The position numbers and the translations under genes were made by a program. DNA of 63,751 bases, counting the filler, from Octopus bimaculoides (lineage: Eukaryota), in the NCBI RefSeq assembly GCF_001194135.2. It is 6 parts of 6 records of this genome, joined end to end, with 100 filler letters (N's around TTAATTAATTAA, not from the genome) between each part and the next. Parts side by side here need not be neighbours in the genome. Positions count along the whole stretch, not along the records: positions 36,824 to 45,337 come from NC_068990.1; positions 45,438 to 52,600 come from NC_068994.1; positions 52,701 to 61,336 come from NC_068981.1; 3 more parts are not named here. The stretch is one strand, 5' to 3'. Below are positions 41,030-53,260 of the stretch, in pieces. The notes under the pieces are model-generated. The model was not told the origin of the DNA. It worked only from the letters and a program-made list of their open reading frames with translations, and made no database searches. Numbering within the stretch: position 1 is the first letter of the stretch; each line of letters begins with the position of its first letter.

Positions 41030-41190
41030 ATATCATCATCTAACATCCGTTCTCCATGCTGGCATGGGTTGGACGGTTTGACCAGGGCTAGTAAGCTGAG
41101 GGGCCGGGGACCAGACTCCAGCCTGATTTGGCATGGCTTCTACAGCTTAATACCCTTCCTAATGCCAACCACTCTAAGAGAAATTCACTA
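41030..41190 (-). mobile_element. Short repeat with an RTE-type 3' tail
   Basis: atcatcatc..ctccatgctggcatgggttggacggtttgac. Related copies at 43705-43830 (-) and 56300-56370 (+). Confidence 0.7.
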
Positions 41191-41297
41191 CGCATTTTAA
41201 AATGTATTGAATTCTTTGCGTAGTGGTCTTCCTAATCATTCAATTAACTTTATCATACATATGTGTGTGTTCAAACACATACATACATACTAGGTAT

Positions 41298-41354
<57 letters not shown>

Positions 41355-43834
41355 CAGATAGATAGATGGTTAGATAGATATCTGCAACTAGCATGACATG
41401 AAACTCCCTCAATTTGCTGCTTTCAGCTAAGTTTTGAGTTCTCTTTACTTCATCTTCCCTGACACAAACCCTCAAAAGTACAAACCATGTCAACATTCCA
41501 GAATGAAAGTAATGACTGAAGATTTCCTGTATATAAGTAGACAGACAGTCCCTCCTCCCTATACTGGCAGACATATAGCTGTGAGATTATGGTAGGTAAG
41601 TAAAAAGATAGGAAGGCACACACACACACACACACACACATATGTGGGTTGATAGACAGATAGATATAGAGAAATAGATAGGTGAATAGGTAGGTTAAGA
41701 GATAGATATAGACAAACCTGGACACATATACACATAGCTAGATAGGTAGGTAGGTAAGTAGATAGACAGCTAGACAGCTAGACAGACAGATACCCAACCT
41801 GAAGTCTCTGATACAATTACAGGTATAGGCTGGGGTTGTGGAGGTGATTTCATTTATCTGAGGTGTTTTACATTATATGAAGAACAACAAGAAACTTGAC
41901 CCTCCCTATCTTCTCCCTTCTCTTTGTAAACTGATTCTAATGGTTGTTGGATGAATGCCACGTAGAAGATAGAGCGGCTTCATATCTGATAGGGAGAGAG
42001 GAAGAGAAGAGGTACTGTGGGGGTTAGAGCCAGTGGGTGGGGAATGAGAAGAAGGAGTGAATGGATGTTGTTATAGTAACATGCTTCACATGAGAGAAAC
42101 AGAGAGAGGGGGAGGGAGAGATACAGTATACACAGTATTCATTACATGAAATCTAAGGTCTTCTGGCACCAACTCTGACCAATACAGCATCACCAAAGGC
42201 CAATACAACACTATACCCTAACCAAAAAGTACAACACAAGTTATCTCTATTCATTTCTTGTTTCCAGAGTTCAAACAATACTAGAGGGAGTTTCTATCTA
42301 TGAATCATTTAGATAATCTCAGCTGAGCAAACTTTTATATCTCATTGTATTATTTATGTAAACCCTACCATATTTCTATTTAGTGTGGAGGTGTTTTTGC
42401 CTCTCAGGTATTCCACCCACTACACCCTTCTTCTCTCATTTTGTTGATCTGTCGATGAGGGACACCCCCTTATCCCATTTTAATGATTTTCATAATCAAC
42501 TACACTCCCGCCTATTTCCCTATATACTTATCATGTTTAAGTCTTGCCAACCGAGCAGAATAAAATGTGCTAAAGAGAGACACATGTGTCCAATGATTTC
42601 ATTAACTGGCTGAAGCCTTTTGCTGTTACATTTCAACTGAAAAATAATGAAGAATTTAGGAAACTAACTTTGCCATTTTTAATCTAATGAGTGGAATATA
42701 AATGAAAATAAAATTTTGAAGGAAGATTTTAATTTAGGTCAGAAAGTTTGTATCATAAAATTGGTGAGGCAGGTAGTATTGGGCAGTGTGGTATCGAAAG
42801 GATTAAAGCCTAGATCCACTCCATTCTGCATTGTTTATATTGTCCAAAAATTTCAATTATCTGAGCTAATCAGAGTTCTCTCCCCTGCTTATTTTTTAGA
42901 TTTCAAACACTGCTACATATTATAGAGTTCTTTGTTCTACTAGTTGCTAGGATAATCTTGTTTCATCAAAGATTTTCAATTCCCCCCTATATTACATATG
43001 TGAGACCCTGCCAGCTCAGCTGTTTCATCTACTACCCTGTTCATTCAGCCATTCTGTGCAAGTCTTCCTCCCCCCCCCCACACACACACACACTCCTACT
43101 CCACCTCCTCATAATACCAGAGCATGGATATTTTGGGAAGAGGACAAAGAAAGGAAGAATGTGGAAGGAGGAGATAAGAAAGCTGAGCAGTAATAAAGTC
43201 AAGACTGTACGCACTGAAAGGGGTGTCATTAGTCCATAATTACAATACACAACAACGCTTTTGTTGTTCTTGTGGTGGTGGTGGTACTTAGTGAGCTAAA
43301 TGCAACTGAATATATGATTAGATTTAGACAACACAAAAGGGTCTCCCGATATATATAACTAAAAATATGTGGTGAATATATATATTGGTCAGTTGGTTTA
43401 TATAACTAATGGTTTATATTTAATAGAGAAGGCGTGAAATTGACAGATTCGTTAGCAATTCAGTCAAAAATGCTTAGCAGCAGTTCTTCTGGTTCTTTAA
43501 TATTTAAATCTCGCCCCACCCCTTAGGGGTTAATAAAATACAGTACTGGGGTCAGTGTATAATTGACTTGCCCTCTCTCCTTAAAATTTTTGGCCGTGCA
43601 CTCTGCAATGGACTGGTTTCCTGTTCAGGAGGAATAAAGAGATCTGTCATTTAAATGCCAAGGAAACCAGGTAACCGACCTTAGGAGTCCTAGGGATCAA
43701 GAATCATCATCATCATCATCATCATCATCGTTTAACGTCCGCTTTCCATGCTGGCATGAGTTGGAAGGTTTGACTGAGGACTGGCGAACCAGAGGCTGCA
43801 CCAGGCTCCAATCTGATCTGGCAAAGTCTGATCT

Positions 43835-44035
43835 GGATCAGTACGGAGAATGAGAACTGGGTGAAGAAATGTCAGAGGTCTAAGTTAATGGAATTTACAG
43901 AAAAGAAAAACCAAGGAAGAAATGGTGAAGAACGGTCTTAAGATGCAACTTCATAAAAGGACCAAGAGGTGGTGCTAGAAAAGACCTGTTCAACCCACAC
44001 AGTTATGGGAAAAGAGCATAAAAGGTTGAAAATGA
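43835..44035 (+). mobile_element. RTE-type LINE 3' end remnant
   Basis: Decayed gagaactgggtgaagaaatgtc... followed by the ttcaacccac..atggaaaag..aaatgat tail shared with other copies. Confidence 0.45.
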
Positions 44036-44724
44036 TAAATATATAGTCATAAACCTTTTACTATATTTTTAATGAAATATACAGTTTCTGTTACAATTAA
44101 CTTTGAAAATAACAAAGAATTTAGTAAAGCAACTTTGCCATTTTAAGACTGGTATCTAAAACATAAATTAGCATGTAATTATGATGGAAGATTTTAATAA
44201 AGATCACATTAAAACAGGAACTTTGTATCATAGGAACAGGGGCAACATGTTGGTGTCACAAAAGTTAAATAAAATCAGGTTTCAATTCAAGAATTCAAGA
44301 TTTGTTGTCAGTTTGAAATTTCAAGTCAACATTTTGATAAAACTGAAATGCTACCCCCACACCTCAACCCTGTTAGCTGGAAGACAAGACATAGAAAATA
44401 ATGAAAGAACTGAATAAAAATGACACTAATGTTGGCTATCTTTGAATTAAATCCAAGTCATGTTAGAGTGGTTTTATTTAGAATTTTTATCTTCAATTTC
44501 AAAACACAATTTGCAAATTCATGTTCTTTTATCAAAGTTAACAAGGCTTAGATGATGATGATGATGATGATGATGATAATAATAAATCCCATGGATAGTT
44601 GAAAAGGAAGGCAAGAAATAAATACAAGATAGCCTGACTTTGGAAGATGAAAAAGGTGAAGATAGTGCCAATTATTTACATTATTTACATTTGACGGATA
44701 TTTGTCCTCATCATGTTTGTTGTT

Positions 44725-44770
44725 AACACAACATTTCGGCTGATACACCCTCCAGCCTTCATCAGGTGTC
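44725..44770 (-). ncRNA. Minimal type I hammerhead motif in a short interspersed repeat
   Basis: Minus strand reads GACAC-CUGAUGA-A-GGCUG-GAGGGUGUAU-CAGCC-GAAA-UGUU/GUGUU. Stem I is GACAC:GUGUU and stem II has 5 bp. Stem III AAUGUU is one transition away from the palindrome AACGUU. Confidence 0.7.
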
Positions 44771-45253
44771 TCGGGGAAATTTCGAACCAAAACAAAAATG
44801 ATGCATGTACTTAGTTCAGTGCTCCACCGATTATTCAACTGTACTAACAATAACAACAACACAAACCTACAAAAGCAGACAGAAGAAAGGAGCTGGGCTT
44901 ATTGCAGTTGTTTTGTTCAGCCGCAGATCCATTCTGCTGAAGCCATTCCAGTTGTGACCATCCAGTCAGTTTCTCTTCTTCTCACACAGTGACTCTGTGA
45001 CTGTATTAAGTAATATGAGCTTTTTTTTTTCTCTCTAAGTGTAATTTGAGTGAGCTTCGGCTGCTATTTCTAGTAAGTTGCACAACTCACTGGAAACCAA
45101 CAGGGAGAGCTGACGTCATAATGAGGGTGTGTTAGACATTATGTGCTGTGGGTGTCAGGTAATGATTGGGTGGATTGGCAGAGGGAGGGAAAGTTAATGA
45201 GAAACGTTCGTTTGAAATGTTCACACGGAAGAAAAAAAGATACATATATATAA

Positions 45254-45288
<35 letters not shown>

Positions 45289-46205
45289 CTATGCTTTACG
45301 TGAATTTATATACATCACAAATGTGTGTGTAATGACANNNNNNNNNNNNNNNNNNNNNNNNNNNNNNNNNNNNNNNNNNNNTTAATTAATTAANNNNNNN
45401 NNNNNNNNNNNNNNNNNNNNNNNNNNNNNNNNNNNNNTATATATGTGTGTGTGTGTGTGTGTGTTGTATGTGTGTATGCATGTCTGTACCAGCAGCCCCT
45501 TCCCTCATCATATCTCATTGCACGTAAAGAATGTTTTCAGTATGACACAGTGGTTTAATGTTCACTGTATGACACATGCTGCATGCCATTGCAAATAGTA
45601 ATGTGTTGATATATATATATGTATATACACACACACACNNNNNNNNNNATATATATATAGGGAGAGAGAGAGAGAGAGCGATATGGTGTGTGCGTACGTA
45701 TATTTTGCTTCTTTTTCGAGGTGAGTCAGAATATGAAAGCATTTTAAGTTAGTCGCTAGCACTGTCGAACGTGGCATTAGATTAGACATGTCACTGAGTT
45801 GTTTATATTATAATATAAATATACTTATACCATTCTCACAAACTGCTTTAATATTTGTTTATCAGTCTATATTCTACATGTGTATGTCTTCTGAATGCTT
45901 ATAGAATTTTATATATTTATACATAATTGTACCAATATTAATGTTGTTAAAAGAAGCGACACAAAACTGGCCGCAGCTCGAGTTTCGATAAACAAAAAGG
46001 AAAAAACTAAGAGTTTGAATGAATTTTTTAAATATATATACGTAATAATGAAAGTTTATATAATAAATTCAAATTCACTTCACAGTTTTATGGATCGGGA
46101 CATGGAATAAAGTTGCTCCTATTACGAGTAACAATACCACAAACTACAAAACAGCAGTTTTTTTTATATTGCTGTTTGCCATGAAACGAGAAACGCGGTC
46201 TTTAC

Positions 46206-46252
46206 CTGTTCATGGTAATTGTGTTTAAACTGTCCAGTCTATCGTCCATCAT
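46206..46252 (-). CDS. Candidate first coding segment of an unidentified gene (MMDDRLDSLNTITMN+)
   Basis: Lies within candidate exon 46396-46206. Acceptor aactttctctatag| and strong donor CAG|GTAAAG. Phase-2 end. Confidence 0.35.
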
Positions 46253-47272
46253 GAAATTGTACAGATTAGTTAACGGTTAACTAATCCGGTTAACTGTTAA
46301 CCGGATGTTTGTGGAGCGATGACTCTGCACAGCTCTTAACTGGAGTTGGAACCGAAGGTCCAGAGAAGAGACGAACCATTCGTTCCATCACTGTATCTAT
46401 AGAGAAAGTTACGAGTAAATGTAGTAGACCCATGGTTTATTGCTGTTGGGATGTAAGCCAGGACTTGATCTAATTCGGCTGGTTCACCTGGACCAGAGGA
46501 TCTGACGTTGCCACCTCACTCTGGAACATCTCTGAGGATGCGTCTCAGTGCATCAGAGAGATATTATGTTAAAACCCCAAATAAAGAGAGATGAATGAGA
46601 GTACGAGCCTAAGGAAGATCTTATCTACGGTACTTTATTGTTGGTTCATGTTTAATGAAATGATACAGAACAAACTACAGAGAAAAATTAGTGGGGTTTG
46701 CCCACGGAAATACATCGAAAAAAAAAACATGGCTTCTGCAAAAGGAAAATAACGAATACAGAATGAATGGGGTTTGTTCGGGTTACATTAAGATTAAAAT
46801 TTGAACGACGGGGAACCTGGGCCAGCTACTGGGGAAGCCGGGCAGTCTTCTGTAAGCAAAAGCAGTCTAAGCAGGCTACGGGGAGCCTGGGCTTACTCTG
46901 GACTATCTGCAAACAACACTTAGAAAACATTTTCTTGTTCTACATTCACTATTAGGTATGGTGGTAATACCCTATATATTTTAGTTAATAAGAGGTCGAT
47001 ATAATAAAGTACAAGTCAAGTACTAGGGTCGATGGTGTCGCTTTAACTTCCCTTAAACTTGATGGTCTTGTGCCTAAGCTTGTAACCATAAATAGCCTAT
47101 TAACCATGAGACATAAAACCAAGTCTACTGATAAGGAGAGAAGAAGCTGACGTCGTTCTATGCCTTTAGCCATTAAATCCCTATATTTTAGAGGGAAAAG
47201 GTCTTTTTTTAATTTTGTTTTTGAGCCGATTTCACTACGGTTATAATGAACAGAGTTCGTTTTTGTCTTTTT

Positions 47273-47350
47273 CTCACGTATGAGTCACGTCTTTTAAGAA
47301 GATGGAAGTTAACTTGTGTTAACAGGCGTGACACATTGGGCGCGAAATAT
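47273..47350 (-). promoter_or_regulatory. Candidate CpG-rich promoter / short first exon (E2F-like, CCAAT and AP-1 motifs)
   Basis: TTTCGCGCCC (minus, 47338-47347) abuts CCAAT (47335-47339). TGAGTCA at 47281-47287. Possible donor AC|GTGAGA at 47277. Confidence 0.3.
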
Positions 47351-47759
47351 ATTATAGACGCATTGGGTTCAACATTAATTTCTTAATGCTTTTTTCTAAA
47401 TGTTTATGTCTTTTACACGTTGACGAAACTTTATACATCAGTAATAACGACATATTTAATGTTGTATCCTCTCTCCGCTACATGAACTGATATTTGCATT
47501 GAGATGTATTTTGAATTGTATCTTGAGAATTGACAATACACCCTTTCTCTCTTCCTCATTCTCTTTCTCTCTCTCTCTCAACGCGGGTGCACACATTCAC
47601 ACACACACACGTACATCTACTTCTTTTTGGTTGTCATTTGTAGTCAAGTGTGATTTGGCACTAGGAGAGGTTTTTCTTTAATATAGGGGGAAAAAACAAC
47701 GTCAACGCTGTTTCTCTCTTTCGTGAGATCGTCATAGACCAAAAGTCCTGGCACAACCC

Positions 47760-48015
47760 TCATTGCAGCAATTGTACAATTATTCTTTTGGTAGACCTGG
47801 TGTTAGAGGATCTTGCTCTAGCTCCTCGTCTCTTTTCTTCCTGTTGCTTCATCCAGTTTGACTCTGCAATTATTTATACATTCTTTTAGGCCTCCACCAT
47901 TGTTTGCGGTCAGTTGCTCTCTTCCTCCATGCAGTGACAATCTGGCCACTTGTTTCATTGGGTTGTCATTTGATGACATCCTCATGACGGAGTTTCGGGC
48001 ACCCTCTTCAATGGC

Positions 48016-48061
<46 letters not shown>

Positions 48062-48380
48062 ACACAAGGGGTCCTCTGTGTGTCTCATGAGATCAGGGAT
48101 CTGCTTCAAGAAAAAGTTCTTCTCCAAGAACGCAAACCGTGGAAAATGTCCTTTTATAGCAGTCCAGTTGTGGCCCCTGTATTTAAGTCTCCCCTCTCTC
48201 CTGTCCCCATCACTGATTTTGACCAAGGAAGAGTAGGGGCCGACATAGCTTGGCACCAGCGTTATCGCAGACGTTGTCAGAATGTAAAGAATCGGAACAA
48301 ATACCACAAGGTATCTTGCCCGATTCTCTTAACAGTTCTAGCAAGGCAAATTTCTGGGTTGAAGCATTTTTCATCAACCC
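47760..48380 (-). mobile_element. RTE-clade LINE 3' region, interrupted by (CA)n
   Basis: KQIPDLM..., GCPKLRHEDVIK and AWRKRATDRKQW, resembling GRIPKDLLYG, GRPKLRYKDVCK and LATDRSAW. Confidence 0.6.
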
Positions 48381-48566
48381 TGGGAGGTTGAAAGGTAAAG
48401 TTGGCATCAGTAGGATTTGAACTTAAGTCGTAGAAAGTCNNNNNNNNNNNNNNNNNNNNNNNNNNNNNNNNNNNNNNNNNNNNNNNNNNNNNNNNNNNNN
48501 NNNNNNNNNNNNNNNNNNNNNNNNNNNNNNNNNNNNNNNNNNNNNNNNNNNNNNNNNNNNNNNNNN

Positions 48567-48880
48567 CCCCAGTACGCAAATGGTACTTAATTTATCGACC
48601 CCGAAAGGATGGAAGACAAAGTCAACCTCGGCGGAATTTGAACTCAGAACGTAAAGACAGACGAAATATCACTAAGCATTTCGCCCAGCGTGCTAACGTT
48701 TCTTATTTCTTTATTGCTCACAAGGGGCTAAACATAGAGGGGACAAACAAGAACAGACAAAGGGATTAAGTCGATTACATTGATCCCCAGTGCGTAACTG
48801 GTACTTAATTTATCGACCCCGAAAGAATGAAAGGCAAAGTCGACCTTGGCGGAATTCGAACTCAGGACGTAGGGGCAGAC
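48567..48880 (-). mobile_element. Two head-to-tail SINE family A copies
   Basis: ggtacttaatttatcgaccccgaaag...ggcggaatt(t/c)gaactcag occurs twice, at about 48580 and 48800. Confidence 0.85.
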
Positions 48881-49759
48881 TCACCGCCTTCGCAACTCTT
48901 CTCAACGACGGTTTTTTGTATCAGATGCAAAAAACAATGAAAAAAAAAAAGCCCCAAAAACTATTTCTTTTTTTGTATCTAAAGGTAAGAGTCTAAGTGA
49001 AATTTGGTTTTGATAAACTGCAATATTAACAAATGTTTAGAACAAGAGAAATAAAACAGTGCAGTAGTTTATATCGTTTGTCTGCAATGAATAACGGTGT
49101 TACAACAATTGGTGTCTAAACATCAGATAAATCTCGGCTAAAGCACAATCTATACAAAGAAACCACCATTGTTTGAAGCTGCCACGAATAAAGGTGATTC
49201 ATTCAACAAAGAATCAATCGAGAAATGTCTGACTGATGATAAAAACATACAACATGGTAATAATGGTGACAGATAATGTTCAAAAATAGGACAGCTTTTG
49301 TTGTTTTATATATCTGCTGTTGTTGTTGCTGTTTGTTTTACTGTAATACGTCTTAAGTATTGCAGCACGGGATTCAAATATTTCCCCGGGGGGTCTGTTA
49401 CGGTAACTAGTAAATACAAAGGAATAAAGGTAAATATATGTGTATTTACCGTGAGGGAAAGGAAAACTATTAATGTTTCGACAATAGGCCCGTTTCTATT
49501 ATGAAAAGAGAGGGAGAAGGAAAAAGGTTTACAGCTAAATAAATTGATTAAGACTTACAATTATGGGCAACCTTTTCGAGAAGCGAACCGCAAAAGACAT
49601 GGCTTATCATCAGGCGGACTGCACTACTAGAAAAAAAAAAAGAAGGCATCTTTTCGTTAGATGTTTGCTCACGTCTAATTTACAAAATAAACAACAAACA
49701 ACAAAAGTTGTGTGGAAAATTTGACCAAATATACATTTACTAAGAAATAAAAAGCTGGC

Positions 49760-50045
49760 ATGCTAAGAGCAGGGGTCAACAGCTGATGGACTTTCAAATC
49801 AAAAGTATCAGTACCGTTGCTTTCGTCTGGCAGGAAGGCTGGCTGTTTTAGTTTGTCATTTGGTGTCTACAACACCAGAAGTTAATGCAGGAGACAAAAG
49901 ATGACTAAGTGCAGGGCATTTTTTCCTCTTCGACAAAGCCCTCATCAACTTCTTCAAGTAGCACTTGTTCAAGGTGGAGTAGGAAGTGCGGCCCTCAAGA
50001 AGTTCGCTGAAAAGAGAGATGGCGAGTAAGGCGGGGGTTGAAGAA
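49760..50045 (+). mobile_element. L1/Tx1-like ORF2 extreme 3' remnant
   Basis: GRLAVLVCHLV...LFDKALINFFK*HL..KVE*EV resembles the C-terminus of Tx1-like ORF2 as I recall it. Confidence 0.4.
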
Positions 50046-50084
50046 GGGTCTCCTATTCTTGAAACACAATTATTATGGGGGAGG

Positions 50085-50460
50085 GGGTAAGTCGATTATT
50101 TTACCTACCCCGGAAGGATGAAAGTCGAAGTCGACCTCGGCGGAATTTGAAAACTGAACGTGAAGACGGGCGAAATGCCGCTCAGCATTTTGCCCGGTAT
50201 GCTAACGGTTCTGCCAGCTTTCTTCCTTATTCATGAAAATAGCAATCCTTTCTACTAAAGGCACAAAACCTGAAATTTTGTGGGGAGGGGACTAATCGAT
50301 TACATTGATCCCAGTGTTTCACTGGTGCGTAATTTATCGACCCCCGAAAGGAAGAAAGGCAAAGTCGATCTCGACGGAATTTGAACTCAGAACGTAAAGA
50401 CGGATGACATGCCATTAGATTTTTTTCCCCGGCGTGCTAACCATTCAGTCAGTTCACAGC
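50085..50460 (-). mobile_element. Two adjacent SINE family A copies
   Basis: The aagtcgacctcggcggaatttgaa block and the aaagtcgatctcgacggaatttgaactcagaacg block. Confidence 0.8.
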
Positions 50461-51407
50461 CTTAACGTCGTTGTTAGTGGATACGTAGATGGTAGATGAA
50501 GTCATCATGTAGTAGTAGTAGTAGTGGTGGTTGTGGTGGTGGTAGTAGTAGAAGTAGTGGTTGTGGTGGTGGTAGTAGTAGTATAGTGGGGCTGATTGCT
50601 ATATAAAAGCTATATAAAAAAAAAAAGAAAAAAGAAAAACCGGCATTATTGGCGGAGGTTTGCGATTTTGACAGCAGTAGCAGCAGCAGCAGCAGTAGGA
50701 GGAGAAGGAGGAGTAAGTCAGATGGTGAAATCAGCTATTTGGTAGATAACCTTTATGCCTTTTTACATTTCCAACCAGTTTTTCCCTTATGACAGCAGAC
50801 CGCGTGGGAACTTCCAACCCATGACAAGATCCCCCTCCTCCTCGTCATTTCTCCCCCCCGTCTCTCTTTCTCCCTCCCCACCATTTCCAGCGATACACCC
50901 AGTTCTCAGTCTGTCTTTCTGAATTCATTTACTCTTTCTTTAGTCACACCACCCGACAACAGGTGCACCCCAAATACTTTCGTTTAGTTTTCGTTTCACC
51001 GATTTCACTAACAAAGTTTAGGAGGAACCAAAGCAATATTTAAAGAAACTTGCTGAAGGTGTTGCGCAGTGGGAATCGAACTCGGAGCCATGAGATCGAT
51101 GCGAGTGTTTTATTATTTTATTTCAGTCCCCGTGCAAACTCCTGTTATTTTGAAAACTATAAACTTACTAGAAGTTTATAGAATACCACGAAATCCATAA
51201 TTTCTTTGGAAATCGTATGTTTCGAAGCGTTTGATCTTGTGGTAGTATGAAGCAGTGTTTCTCGAACTCTTTTTACCAAGTTCCTTTTGATTAAAAAATA
51301 AAACAAAACAAAAACCATGCACCCTCCATGAACTAATAAAGTTAGTTTACACACACACATTTTAAATGATTAATACAGGAGACGGGGTGTAACTAGAAGC
51401 ATTTATT

Positions 51408-51514
51408 AGCACAACAACCGTTTCGGCTTCATACTGCACTGCTTCCTAGTGGGCGTGGGGCGATGTAATGACTTCAGATGCAACGCACAGCGCAAAAGAG
51501 CCTCATCAGGTGAC
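51408..51514 (-). ncRNA. Type I hammerhead motif with about 80-nt stem II
   Basis: Minus strand reads GUCAC-CUGAUGA-GGCU..UUGCGCUG....CAGUGCAG..AGCC-GAAAC-GGUU-GUU/GUGCU. It has a canonical G10.1-C11.1 pair, a further 8-bp helix in stem II and a short stem I CAC:GUG. Confidence 0.6.
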
Positions 51515-52170
51515 GTAAGATGCTTTAAAAGTTACCAGATTTACATTTCATTTTCGCTTCAAGTTATACGCTGATGGTGAGATGCCAGTAGTTTAAATTT
51601 ACCAAATGTGTCTGAATTACTGACAACTGTGTTGCAAGATTTATTCACTTGCTACTTACTTAGACCACCATCCTGAAGTAACCCACGTCCCACCAGTGGC
51701 CCGTGCACCTTGAGAAACACAGGTATAATGGTAATATTGAAGGCGCAATCATAAGAAAGAACATCTTTGGAAACCATATTTTTTTGTGGCACACTTGCTG
51801 CCACTTCAAGCTTGGGGGTAGTTATCTATCATTTCTTTTGTCTTTATGGGAAAAAGTAAATAATCTTAAAGCTGGAACGAAATCAAGGCGTGCTCCAGCA
51901 TGACCACAATCCAATGACGGAAAGAATTAAAGATATGTGCGCTCACGCGCGTGTGTACTATAGACGAGTTAGGCAACAGAAAACGATCAACGGAAAATAT
52001 AAATAGAAATTGAACAGCTCTCGCTTAGATCTGGAGTTTTAATGTCATACAATGTCAAACTGGTTCTACTTGAAATTTACTCAAATTATACACTAATTCA
52101 ATGCGTAAGCAGTTTCGTTGATTGAAGAGATAGAACACACATCATAGAAAGCGACGTAGATCTTAAAATA

Positions 52171-52424
52171 TATTGGGTTGGTGCATAACTATTGCGGCTT
52201 TTTTCCAACAGATTTTATTCAATAAAAACAATAACATGTAACAAAAACATCTTTAAATGATTATTCCGGTGCATATTCACCATCGACTTCAATTACTGCT
52301 TCCCATTTGCATGGCAGACGGTTAGACCGTCATTTAAAGATGGTTTTGTTAAATATTGTTATTGTTTTTGTTGAATAATTTGTGTTGAGAAAAAAAGCCG
52401 CAATAATTATGCACCAACCCAATA
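52171..52424. mobile_element. Mariner-derived MITE with TA TSD and ~88-bp inverted ends
   Basis: TA-TTGGGTTGGTGCATAACTATTGCGGC...GCCGCAATAATTATGCACCAACCCAA-TA. The internal minus strand encodes NRLPCKWEAVIEVDGEYAPE*, a mariner C-terminus. Confidence 0.92.
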
Positions 52425-52504
52425 TATCGAAGGCTATGTATGTCTGTGTACAGATACACATACATACGCACACACACACACACACATTGGATTGTCAGAA
52501 AAAC

Positions 52505-52600
52505 CGTTCGGGGTCAATAAATTAAGTACCATTTACGCACTGGGGTCGATGTAATCGACTTAATCCCTTTGTCTGTACTTGTTTACCCCCTCTATGTTTA
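52505..52600 (+). mobile_element. SINE family A 3' fragment
   Basis: cggggtcaataaattaagtacc..cactggggtcgatgtaatcgacttaatccc. Confidence 0.8.
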
Positions 52601-53144
52601 NNNNNNNNNNNNNNNNNNNNNNNNNNNNNNNNNNNNNNNNNNNNTTAATTAATTAANNNNNNNNNNNNNNNNNNNNNNNNNNNNNNNNNNNNNNNNNNNN
52701 AGCTTTGTTATATGGACTGTTAGATATGTAATTCGTCTGACGTTCCGTGTGTTATGTGGTTCGTCTGAGTTCATTGTTTCATTGTTGTTGTCTTGTGGGA
52801 CTGTCGTAGTAAAATGTCATTGATATATATATGGCGGACATGACTTTTGTTTATTCATAACGAACATTGGGTGAGTGCGTTCTTTGTATGTAATTGAACA
52901 ATAAATGTAATAATTAAATTGTATAACTCGTTATGTTATCTCTGCGAGTCAGTCCGAGGGAAACATAACAAGCTTAATTGAAATAAATAATTTATATAGC
53001 AGATTTAAGTATCATAAAGAAACCTTATAGAATGCAATAGCTTAAATCTTTGGGAATTAAATAAATTCCATAACTTAGATATGGTGTAGTTTTGAATTAA
53101 TAGACTTTCTAGCAGATATTATTTTATTTCAGTGACTGAACTAC

Positions 53145-53260
53145 GCACACTCATACATACATACATGCATACATACATACATACATACATACATACATAC
53201 ATGCATACATGCATACATACATACATGCATACATGCATACATGCATACATACATACATAT
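53145..53260. repeat. (CATA)n/(CATG) microsatellite
   Basis: Seen directly. Confidence 0.95.

Noticed and set aside
45111-45118. Perfect CRE TGACGTCA
   Set aside because: A single 8-mer is expected by chance in a window this size, and it has no promoter context.
49570-49620. Minus-strand CTGATGA...GAAA
   Set aside because: Stem I does not pair and stem II register is inconsistent.
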